Positions 10,031 through 20,000 of a stretch of DNA of 20,000 nucleotides are shown in pieces. The stretch comes from Albugo candida (lineage: Eukaryota): positions 356,062 through 376,061 of the forward strand of contig JBDOQK010000035.1 of the NCBI GenBank assembly GCA_040437565.1, written 5' to 3'. How positions within the stretch are numbered: position 1 is the first letter of the stretch; each line of letters opens with the position of its first letter. Position numbers and translations under genes: made by a program. Below the pieces are notes generated by a model. It saw only the letters and a list, made by a program, of their open reading frames with translations. It made no database searches and was not told the origin of the DNA.

Positions 10031-13000
10031 CTTCCTTCAAAAGGTATCTTCAGCTCGCTGATGTTGTCTTTGTGCACAGGGTCCTCCTGGTGACGCAATG
10101 CATACCCCGAAGCGCGGCGGGAACATCTTTGTTCAGTTGAGTTACGGGCTTCGATATATTTTTCGCTTTCGTCTAGTCCACGCCACTTAACCAGAGCATC
10201 ATGACTGCTGGACTTAATACTAGGTAGGCTGGCTCGAAGCTCTTCCACCCCGTGGACTTCACTACCATGAGAGACATGGGCCTATAGGTCACCTTCGATT
10301 TACAGATCCTTGTCAGCATAAAATTTGAAACGTCTAGCGTGATTTACGCGTTCCTGGCAAGTGGTAAGATCTCAAGCCATAAAAAACCAGTTTAAGCTGG
10401 ATCCCGTCGCTGTTTCCTGTCCACTCCAGCGATCACGAAGTTTGTCGCGCTTTGTCTTCCAGACTTCGGTATACAAAACATAATCAGCAATACTGAATTG
10501 TGCCATATTGTCTCCACGCCGACCATTCAGTCTAGCACGCTTCACGTTTCGCCTCTGTGCGCGTCTTAAAGGCATGGATTTGTGCATGTACCACGCTTAC
10601 ACGAAAGTTTTCAAATTCGAGGACTTGCAAGTCCTGAATGGGTTTCAGCTTCATGATCGGGAATGAACAGCTAGGCAACGCGATAGACTTGGCTGGATTG
10701 CAGACGCCATCCCCGTCATCACCGTCACCGGAGGTTCATCCCTCAAAGACGGTGACATGGACACTTAGAGAAAATATTGCACCAAGAAAAAAAATCGTGG
10801 CCAGTCATGCAAATGAATACGCAATTCACTCGCGAGAGCACGAAACCCAAAGTAGCTCTTTGTTTACCACTTCAACAGTTCCAGTTGCTAAGAGGAAGCG
10901 TGCAGCCGTGAAGTGATGTAGGCTCCCAGAGAATAACGGAGATCCTCGATTACCGCGGTTCTGAAATGTGATCCTTGATCGCTTATCTAGCGGTAACATA
11001 TCCCAAATGATGCAAACAAAGCGTGCGATACATCACGGGTGTTTAAGGCGTCTGCTTCAGCGACGTCTTTGAGCCCTACATACTTGGATGCATCGTCTTT
11101 AAGCACTAGAATATAGCGTTGTCCCGTAATCGAAATCCCAATACACATGGTCCCAGTGAAATCAATCGTTCGGCTTCGTACCCTATAGCCCGTCTCCAAC
11201 ACTCGCAGAACTGTTTCGTCCGTAGCACTACAATGTGAAGATTGCTTTACAAACATCTGAACATATTGCTTCAATGTTGTCCAATCGCACAGCTCGGCCA
11301 CATTTTGAGTCGTCAGATCGACTTCGGGAGGATCACCAATACCAAAATGAGCCGCCACGCACAATATAACATGAAGCTCGGACATCTCGTCTAGGTACCA
11401 GGTCTACCGAACGTACGTTACACGCCATCAAGCTGTCGATCAAATCGGATCTTGACTGCTTTATCGGCTTTGACAATTTCGTCTATGATTGGTCATACAA
11501 AATTCCCTTCCAAACTCGGAGATAGGGGGCGGGTTCTTGGTGAATCGCACATACTATTTGCAAGGGCGAGCCCCATCGGATAGAAGATCCGCCCAGGTAT
11601 TTTCCACGCTTGAGATATCGTGAATTTCATACTGATACGCCATTATCAGTGTACAAATTTTTTAATTATCACGGCGACACATCTTCACAATCGCTTAGGC
11701 CTCCTTTTCAACTATTGCACACTCGATGGCAGCGCCACTGAAGGTGTCACTTAACAATATTAGAGAGTGATGATCTTGCTCGTCCAAACGTTTTGTTTTG
11801 TCTTTCTACGAAATTGGTTTATCACTTCTCCCCAATGACGATACGATGCAACCGTGAACACGCATAGCTTCTTTTGATGCTCACGTTGGATAAATCCACT
11901 GATTTTGATAGTGCCTTTTTTGCAAGGTCGAGCCAGAGTTCTTCTTTTCGGCCCAACATGTTTCATACATATTGACTCTCTTGACCTGGGAGCTTATACG
12001 AACTCCGGCTCGCTTGTACGCTCGCTCCATGACCTCTTTTAGCGTTGCCACTATGCGGTTGTAGCCGAGAATGAACGAGCGAATCCATACCAAACCACAC
12101 AGAAACTGCTGCAACTCCTGTCCATTTTTTGGAAAGGAGATTAAACAGTGCAGAGATACGTTCCTGATTATGATTCATACCACTTCCACTTCAAATTCGG
12201 CCACACCATTTTGCTTACCGCTGGAAAAGCTGCATTTGCTTATCTTCAACTTCTAACGTTTCCTTTCCCACACTACAAGCCCTTTTCCAGCAATATCAAC
12301 AACTTTCGTTCATCGGTTTCATGCCCAAGTAAGTCATCTAACCAAATCAGTAGCCCCTTATACCAGCAAAATCTGCAAACATTTCTTGGACAGTGGTTTG
12401 ACAGTAGAAACCACACTGTCCATGCGACCCATTAGAAAGCTTGTTGGGGTGAAGACACCCACATCCGTTAGAAAGCTGAGCACCTCTTGACAGCTATCCT
12501 CTAGAAGGAACTGCCAGTAGCTATTGAAGAAGTCCATAAGCAATAGAATATGGAGCATTGAAGGTGATCAAAATGATTTTCCTCATAGGCATGGATCACA
12601 GTACTCGCTGTGCATCAAGCGCTCGCACGTCCACAATCATCCGGAATTTTTTAGCAGTAGGCTTTTAAACAATGAGCGGGAGAGAGGACTAACGGCTTTG
12701 GGGTTCCTGTACCACAACCTTGCACCCACCAGTTCTTTCAAATGTTCACGTTCAGAATGTCGCCGCGTGGTGAGTATCTACGAGCTTTGAATTGTACCGT
12801 TTTTGTCGCATCCTTAAGACGCACTTCCAGAGGCCACATATTTACCGGTGCATCGTCCCCCACTCGAACTTGAAAACAATCCTTATATTTCAAGAGTATT
12901 CGTTGCAGTTTAGCGGCAAATCCGTCTTTATATCCATCACCTTTGCTTCCGCCACTTTGTTTTTCAACGCAAGCTGAGCCTCTGAAGGATCTTGCTCTTG

Positions 13001-14992
13001 CGTTTCTGAAAACCAGCTTGTTTCTTCGGCACTTACGAGGACTCTCTTCTTCTGGATAAGATCGACTTCTTTATGTTGAATGCAAAAACCGACAGTCTAC
13101 TTTTGTAAATCGCCGTCATTTTCAACCCGATCAAAGTCCACATCGGTCATACGCAACGTTGTGTCATGCAACATTTGGCGGTATCGGTGCCTAGTCGACG
13201 CAGGACCTCTTCTTTCAAGTGTAAACTGTCCCAATCCAGTCAGCGAATCTTTTCCCGCAAAATGAACAAACCACGTTCTCAGCACCAAATATTCCGTGCC
13301 CTTCGCGAATTCGAAGTTTAGCTTCACCACGTGACGCATTTTCAATTTTTGGTGAGTGAAACTTTGAATTCGAATTGATATCGCTAGATCTTGAATTGCT
13401 AACCACACTCCCTTTTTTCGTATCTGGGCTATAATCGTTGGGATAGCTACTGTTTCGTCGTTACCTCTGTCCGAAGTGCTCACAACTTCGCGACCATCTG
13501 CGATCCATCCCAATATAGTCTCTTCTTGGCTGCTCGGAGACCGCTCCATCAATCGTTCGGTTACCGGTCATAGTTTTTTTTCTGCTACTTTTGTCAAATA
13601 CTTTTCTTGCCTCCTCTGCAGTGACACTTGGGCAGTGAAACACTCCGTGATCCTTTGTACCACACTTGTAGCATGCACCACGTGTAACCCTTACTGTTTT
13701 TTTACCTTCGCTTTTCCACAAAAGTTTGACTGACCTCGATTTTAAATTTGCAATGTCTCGTTACATCAAAGGCCTGTCTGTCAGTACTTTTTGACGGCTA
13801 TCGTCCGGTAAAAACGATTCGAATTTGAGAAAACTTGTCAGCTGTATCTTGATCCAGTTCACAGAACCTCCCGTTAATCCTTTCATTGATTCATTTTCAT
13901 TTTCTTCATAATTGTCTGAAACACTGTCCTCGGACGCAACACGTTGGTGAGATGAGCCACTGCGATCTCCGGCTCGTTTACTGTGCACATCTCCAAATCA
14001 TGCATGTCCAATATTCTTATATAGTCTGTAAGTAAAGGCACTACTCTTTAATCCACATCTTACAGGTTTGTGTCCATGCTGAGATCTTATGCATCTCTTC
14101 CCAATTTTTCGTAGTCATCGGTCTGGGAAGTCCGTGCGGAGAGGAAGTAGTTCAGCCAATCTTGTTCCGTCATGTCCCCCTCCGGCTTCTGTACTTCAAT
14201 TTACAAATTCGTTTCATAACTTTGTGGTCGATACATGCACCAAAAGGCACCAGAAATACACGACTTCCAGTGATTGCATTGAGCAACCTTACGTGGCGAT
14301 CTTACACCATATACAGGTCCATCAACTCTCTCTTCTCTGTTTTTGTACTTTCCCTGCACATCGGGGTTTTGGAATATTTCCCCAGTGGCCAGCGTTAAGC
14401 GCTCCGTGCAAATATCGCTTATCCCATCGGTGGACCTCTCATCCTGATTCTTGACGTGCTTCTCTAGTCACGCGGCGCGGTCGCTCCTCTAGATATGATC
14501 TCTTGTTTTCTGCATGCTTATAGCCTCAGGTGCCTCTTTCAACGCTTATAACATATCGGCCAGAAACTCTTTCTGTTGCTTTGATTTTTCGTTTCATGGA
14601 TTGCTGTTGCTCATTTAACGCCAGCTTTGTCTGATACTGCTGAGCCAGATCTTCCTGTGTCTTGTGCGTTTTTCTTCACTGTGTCGCGCCCGTCCCTCCG
14701 AAGCATCCGACACGATGGACGTCTGCAACGCTCTTCCCAGTATAACCCGTCTTACCTGGGTCTGCTAAATATCTTGTATGAAGTGCTCCGCTCCATTCGC
14801 AGAGGGTTTGTCATCCGTCGTTACCACTCAAGGCACACTTACTTGGTAGCACGGTACTTTCGGCAAAAAAATTCTTTGTTATAAGTCCGCAATTCAAAAT
14901 GCAGCCTCGCTTCTCCACTTAAAAAGAACACGGCCCCCGTATGGCGTTTTTCTTAGTGGTAAAAAAGTCTCTCTTATTTAGCTACCACTCCT

Positions 14993-15078
14993 TGTTGAGC
15001 TGTAAACCCGCTATCCTATACCCAGATCCGCACCCGTGACCCAACTACAACGTACCCAGAAACAGGATAGACAGAACA
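14993..15078 (-). repeat. 5' LTR of the gypsy element (outer end between 15064 and 15078)
   Basis: About 80% identity to 9944-10009 over 66 bp (shared CCGCTATCC, AGATCCGCACCC, TGACCCA, CTACAACGTACCC). Followed on the minus strand by PBS-like TGGTAGC (14981-14987). Confidence 0.8.
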
Positions 15079-15734
15079 CATCATCGCACAGCTGTTTTTG
15101 ATCTTGATCAATTAGTTCTGGCAAAAACCGTTGCAATCGATACGCCAACACTTTTGAATGTACTTTCACATCGACAAGCAGGAGTGCGATTGGTCGATAG
15201 TTACCAGGATCACCTCGCAATTGTGTTGCATAAAAAGGTGACTGCCGAGTACCGTTGTGATCGAAGAAGGATACCTCTTTCCAGATCATATTTAAACACG
15301 ATCATCAGATACTCCTCAAACGTGTCCCGATCAGGCTGATATAATGCAGCTGGTAGTCAAACCATGCCTGAAGAAGAAGACTCCGCATGTCCTTCATCGC
15401 TTCCGCCATCTCAGTAGTACTTCAGCGAGTTGAGAGACGGGTTTGGTCTTGTGACGAAAGGGAAAATCGAATTAAATCAAGTAGCTTTTTCTAATTTCTC
15501 TCACTTGGATCAGCTGCGGCTGTCTCCGAGCAATAGAGAGAGACCATGAAACCACACCAATGATCTCTGAATTTGTCTATGATCTCTCTCGGGCTCGATA
15601 TCACGGTGACAAATTTTTTTGTCACATTTTCGATCGGCACGTGACGACAAGAACTATCCGAAGAGCGGAAAAATGATTGGAGGAGCCCGTCATATACTTC
15701 ACGTGATGATCAAAATTCTCATCTTGGTTGAATT
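15079..15734 (-). pseudogene. Same LINE ORF2: linker and RT N-terminal part
   Basis: FNQDENFDHH..SSNHF, VPIENV..PREIIDKFRDHW, SSGMV*LPAALYQ (PGxDGLP), DPGNYRPIALLLVDVKVHSKVLAYRLQRFLPELIDQDQK. This joins SVHHHIR at 9943 once the gypsy is removed. Confidence 0.88.
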
Positions 15735-15960
15735 TGTTGAAGAAAGTAGGATAAGTTCAGAAGAAATTCGGACAAGATCAGAAGAGTCGGATAAGATCAA
15801 GAGTCAGATAAGATTAGATCATTAATAGCGCGGAAAGATGAGATAAGAAATAGGTTACTAATACTATAGAGTAGCGATATGGGAATGTGGTATAGGCTTA
15901 GAATATCTTTTTGAGAACTAAGGACCTACAATATAGTTAATTTCCAGTTTGACTACAATA
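15735..15960 (+). repeat. 5' LTR of copia D (226 bp)
   Basis: Matches 17148-17374 with about 7 substitutions and 3 single-base indels. Followed by a decayed PBS, GGTTAACAACC. Confidence 0.96.
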
Positions 15961-17147
15961 GGTTAACAACCACAACTCTTGTTTTTCTCAAAAGCTACGA
16001 ACTCTATCAAAATGGATATGTTGAGAAAATACAATTACTTCAGCTGGGAATTCAGTGCTCGAATGCAGCTGATGCGTAAGGGGTTGCTGGACCATATTGA
16101 CCGGGTAAAAACACCAAGCGAGTATGACAGCAACGCGGGGATTTGGAAGGTCAATGACATGAAGGCATNNNNNNNNNNNNNNNNNNNNNNNNNNNNNNNN
16201 NNNNNNNNNNNNNNNNNNNNNNNNNNNNNNNNNNNNNNNNNNNNNNNNNNNNNNNNNNNNNNNNNNNNAGATCTCGGAAAAGTCAAATTTATGCTGGGCA
16301 TTCAAGTCGATTATGACCGAGAGCAACGTTCAATAAAATCTGTCAAACTTCAAGCATCAATAAAATGGTCAAATAGTTCAACCAAGTGGACGCCAAGCTC
16401 GTTTGAAACCCAAATGTTTAAGGACAACTTTTATCGGCAATCGAAAAAGAAGATGAAGGAATGAAGTTTCGGCCTTATCGCTCCTTGGTTGGCTCACTCT
16501 TGTATATTTCGAATGGAACAAGGCCAGATATCGCGTATTCAGTTGGGTAACTAAGTCGACATCTGGAACGGCCTAGTGAAGAGCTTTGGAAGGCAGCGAT
16601 AAGGGTCCTGCGTTATTTGAAGTCAACTAGTGATATGGGGATTAATTACACCGGCAGTGACAAATATTTATGCGTTTGTGCACATAGTGACGCAGATTGG
16701 GCGAATAACAAGGAATCCAGAAGATCTGTATCGGGAATCATGGTTATGATAAATGGTGCGCCCATTATTTTCAAATCAAAGATTCAGCAAAGTGTAGCCC
16801 TGAGTACTGCCGAGGCAGAGTACATCGCCCTATCACTCTGTATGAAAGAAGTTTTATGGCTGAAAAGCTTATTATGGGAACTGAAATCAATCAAAAGATC
16901 AAAATATTTGAGGACAATCAAAGTGCCATCGCAATCGCGAAAAACGATGGATATCAAAGCAGAGCAAAACATATAGACATCCGTTATCATTTCATTCGTG
17001 ATCATATAAAGGATGAAAAAAAATTGTGATCGAGTATATCGACTCCAAAAATCAGCTTGCCGATTTTTTGACGAAGCCTATTTCGAAAAAGCAATTTCAG
17101 GATTTGGTTCGTCTGGCAAAAATCAAGAATTGTGTGTCGTGGGTGAG

Positions 17148-17374
17148 TGTTGAAGAAAGTAGGATAAGTTAGAAGAAAGTCGGACAAGATCAGAAGAGTC
17201 GGATAAGATCAAGAGTCAGATAAGATTAGATCATTAATAGCGCGGAAAGGTGAGATAAGAAATAGGTTACTAATAGTATAGAGTAGCGATATAGGGAATG
17301 TGGTATAGGCTTAGACTATCTTTTTGAGAACTAAGGACCTACAAATATAGTTACTTTCCAATTTGACTACAATG
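17148..17374 (+). repeat. 3' LTR of copia D (227 bp)
   Basis: Preceded by a decayed PPT (GTGGGTGAG) and followed by TSD GAATT. Confidence 0.96.
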
Positions 17375-17379
17375 GAATT

Positions 17380-18289
17380 AGGCACCGTTTTCGGCCGAAA
17401 TTCAAGACTCGATTAGTAAAAATGCTGTGACTGATCAGTGTCTTGAGCGAGCTGCTGCGACTCACGTCGTCTATCTTGTGCAATTTATTGCTTTGACAGC
17501 TCGAGGATATTCAAATGGTCCTAATGAACTTTTCCAATATCCTAGCCCGGAAGATTGAGTTGGATTTGCGAAAGGTACTTCCCGTGCCAGATAATCTCCC
17601 ACATTTCGTGGGAGGAGATCTTGCGCGATTGTGGTCGTGTAACTACGTTTTTTAGGAGGATGTTGGACTCGCGAAGCGTCTACCACACCCAACTGCGAAA
17701 GCCATTCCAAACACGCTGACCGAGTAGGTTCATGTCGATTCGTTCCACTTAAAGCATCGCTAGCTCGAGCAAGTGATGTCTTGACATCATCATAAATGAG
17801 ATATGGTGCGATCGATCTGAAAGTTTAAATAAGCAACATATCATAGAAGACACTTTGTTCATCTATCATGGATGCACATACATAGTGAATATGCACTGGT
17901 GCAACCTCAATGAGAAGATTAAAAAGATAATGCAGATTTCAAATGCATCGTTCCTTGAGTAAAGCTGAGCAACTGTGTGGACAGGTTTACATCGTCAACA
18001 CTTAGTTATGGATACAAAACAAAATCCCATTTTTCCTTTTCTCTTCTAACCTCATTTGATAAATGGAATATCTTAGTCACAGAGTCAACCATCGAACTCA
18101 AAAAACCCGACAAAGCCATATTTTTGTAGGAGTGTTCTCATTCGAACCTACAAAGATCATGTTTCTAACATGGTCAAGGTAAAAAAGCGCTGTAATTTTG
18201 ATATAAACCAGTAACAGATTCAAGTCAATGCTTTGTTTGAGCGTGTTTGAAGGATTATGACTCGCGATATAAAAACATTTTCCTGTCAT
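17380..18289 (-). pseudogene. Same LINE ORF2: APE endonuclease domain
   Basis: FYIASHNP (IxSxNVxG-like, ~18250-18275), APVHIHYVCAS (NVYAP-like, ~17870-17905), LIYDDVK (GDFN-like), SACLEWLSQLGVVDASRVQHP..RSYT (DAWR..HP..FT). Colinear with the linker and RT downstream. Confidence 0.72.
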
Positions 18290-18839
18290 GTCAGCAATAG
18301 TACCGGATAGACAGTTTTCTTAGTGCTACTGTGATCAATATTAGCATCCATGAGGTGCTTTCAAAAGTTCTCAAGAGGAACTCCAGAGACGATTTTTAAT
18401 GTATCATTTTCTTGATGAGCTTAAGGGTGGACAGATTTGGTTGCCGAAACTTCTGACTAGTGAAAAGGATATCCTTTCCATTCTTTCTGCTTCTATCTCC
18501 GTTTGATATCATTCAATGTGAGAACCTTCCTGTAGTGAAACNNNNNNNNNNNNNNNNNNNNNNNNNNNNNNNNNNNNNNNNNNNNNNNNNNNNNNNNNNN
18601 NNNNNNNNNNNNNNNNNNNNNNNNNNNNNNNNNNNNNNNNNACGCATTTCGTGCTTCGAGAAAAATGACATAGATGGAATATCTTAGTCACAGAGTCAAC
18701 CATCGAACTTAAAAAAAACCCGACAAAGCCATATTTTGGTAGGAGTGTTCTCATTCGAACCTAAAAAGTTCATGTTTCTAAGATAAACAAGGTCAAAAAT
18801 TGTTGTAACTTTGATATTAACCAGTAACAGATTCAAGTC

Positions 18840-19720
18840 TGATAAGTCTTGTGTGCAAAAGGAGAAAATATTAAAAGTAAGATCAACATTAAGGTCCTTA
18901 GTTCCCTATTAGCTGATTTAAGCCTTATTCCAAGTATTCTTTGAAGTAATGTTACCAAAGTTTCTTACGTTCGTAACCTGAGTCACATTAGTCAATTCGT
19001 CTGTTATTAGCAAGAACTTCCCTGAATGTTCTCAGAGAATTCTTCTAAATGTCGTGCCTCTGCATAGAGTCAGGATTGTTTTGCGTAACACTCCCCCTCG
19101 ACTTGAAATTTCCAATCCAGGACTTCTGAACAAGATTTTGAAATTGCTTGGTCGCAATAGGCTTCGTCAAATNNNNNNNNNNNNNNNNNNNNNNNNNNNN
19201 NNNNNNNNNNNNNNNNNNNNNNNNNNNNNNNNNNNNNNNNNNNNNNNNNNNNNNNNNNNNNNNNNNNNNNNNGATAAAATTGCGAAGGCTCTCATGTCGT
19301 TTACTTTCCACTCCGCTAATTCGATGGTATCTTCTGTTTGGTGGAGCTTTGGAACCATCGACATGACTCAGTAAATTCTTCTTCGCCAACTTCATTCTCG
19401 CATTAAATTACCAGTAGAAGTAGTTATATACGCGCAAAATGTTGTTGTTCATTTCCATACCTGATGTTGGGCTCATAACCTGATAAGGTTTGTGTGCAAA
19501 AGGAGAAAATATTAAAAGTAAGATTAACATTAAGGTCCTTAGCGAATCTAAGCGTTATTCCAAGTATTCTTTGAAGTAATCTTACCAACGTTACTTACGT
19601 TCATAACATGAGTCACATTAGTAAATTCGTATGTTATGAGCAAGAACTTCCCTGAATGCTCTCAGAGAATTCCTCTGAATGTCGTGCCTCTGCATAGAGT
19701 CAGGATTGTTTTGCGTAACA
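18840..19720 (-). mobile_element. Ty1/copia element E with both LTRs and 5-bp TSD AAGTC; interior missing at gap 19173-19272
   Basis: TSD at 18835-18839 and 19721-19725. 5' LTR 19481-19720, 3' LTR 18840-19090. Gag YNYFYW*FNARMKLAKKNLLSHVDG..EWKVNDMRAFAIL. RNase H tail LTKPIATKQF..SRGSV. PPT GAGGGGGAG at 19091-19099. Confidence 0.97.
19469..19480 (-). promoter_or_regulatory. Primer-binding site GGTTATGAGCCC (half-tRNA-iMet type)
   Basis: Directly follows the 5' LTR end (..ATCA). Matches the GGTTATGRGCCC PBS of Drosophila copia/Ty5-type elements, which is complementary to the initiator tRNA anticodon arm. Confidence 0.85.
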
Positions 19721-20000
19721 AAGTCAATGCTTTGTTTGAGCTTGTTTGAAGGATTATGACTCGCGATATAAATACTTTTTTTCCTATCATGTCAGCAATA
19801 GTACCGGATAGACAGTTTTCTTAGTGCTACTGTGATCAATATTAGCATCCATGAGGTGCTTTCAAAAGTTCTCGGGAGGAACTCCAGAGACGATTTTAAT
19901 GTATCATTTTCTTGATGATTTTTAGTGTGGACAGATTTGAATGCCGAAACTTCTCAGTAGTAAAAAAGAATATCGTTTTCATTCTTTCTGCTTCTATCTC

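Larger units (their letters stand above)
9944..15078 (-). mobile_element. Near full-length degenerate Ty3/gypsy LTR retrotransposon with C-terminal chromodomain, nested in the LINE RT
   Basis: Minus-strand order: gag; CCHC knuckle CYKCGTKDHGVFHC (13632-13673); protease-like SDRGND (~13460-13480); RT DFFNSYWQF..GVFTPT..LMG and LIWLDDLLG (~12324-12350); integrase AAHFGIG..HC and ILVLKDDASKY; chromodomain LVKWRGLD (~10170-10195). Short LTRs at both ends. Confidence 0.93.
15735..17374 (+). mobile_element. Ty1/copia element D with both LTRs and 5-bp TSD GAATT; interior mostly missing at gap 16169-16268
   Basis: TSD at 15730-15734 and 17375-17379. Gag YNYFSWEFSARMQLMRKGLLDHI..WKVNDMKA. RT DLGKVKFMLGI, YRSLVGSLLY, TRPDIAYSV. 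RNase H SDADWANNKESRRSVSG, VALSTAEAEY, KHIDIRYHFIRD, QLADFLTKP. Contains stops and frameshifts. Confidence 0.97.
18063..20000 (-). repeat. Two diverged copies of the LINE ORF2 start and upstream region: copy 1 at 18063-~18500; copy 2 at 18674-18839 plus 19726-20000
   Basis: Colinear, roughly 90% identical by eye with real substitutions and indels. Copy 2 is split by copia E. Confidence 0.9.

Noticed and set aside
14089-14884. Plus-strand ORFs (121, 78 and 85 aa) as host genes
   Set aside because: They are antisense to the decayed gypsy gag and leader, with no recognisable domain.
9937-15091. Definite TSD for the gypsy element
   Set aside because: Candidates ACAGA (9939-9943 / 15071-15075) and GCACAG (9937-9942 / 15086-15091) do not both abut canonical LTR ends, so the TSD is left unresolved.
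15606-15625. Hairpin GTGACAAA-TTTT-TTTGTCAC as a terminator or MITE
   Set aside because: It lies within LINE linker coding remnant (ENVTKKFVT), has no TSD and is short, so it is probably chance.
15738-15820. CRISPR-like array
   Set aside because: Degenerate tandem units with no unique spacers, inside a eukaryotic LTR, and no cas genes.

Overview
Eukaryotic, repeat-dense scaffold segment with six 100-N gaps and no intact host gene. The retroelement protein motifs resemble those of oomycetes such as downy mildews or Phytophthora; this is my inference, not a search result. Almost the whole window is decayed, nested retroelements. There are three degenerate copies of one Ty1/copia lineage (1-1665 +, 4816-6916 -, 6918-8813 +). 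A long minus-strand L1/Tx1-type LINE ORF2 (about 9156-18289) is split by a Ty3/gypsy chromodomain element with unusually short (~87 bp) LTRs (9944-15078) and by a TSD-bounded copia (15735-17374). A second TSD-bounded copia (18840-19720) sits in a second copy of the LINE 5' region, and its empty target site is visible 600 bp away. The most unusual structure is a pair of tRNA-derived SINE-like elements (5463-6176) sitting back-to-back. One is inserted at the A-box of the other, and the whole is bounded by a perfect 18-bp TSD inside a copia RT. Three exact duplications flanking N-gaps are judged assembly artefacts. All identity figures are hand counts.
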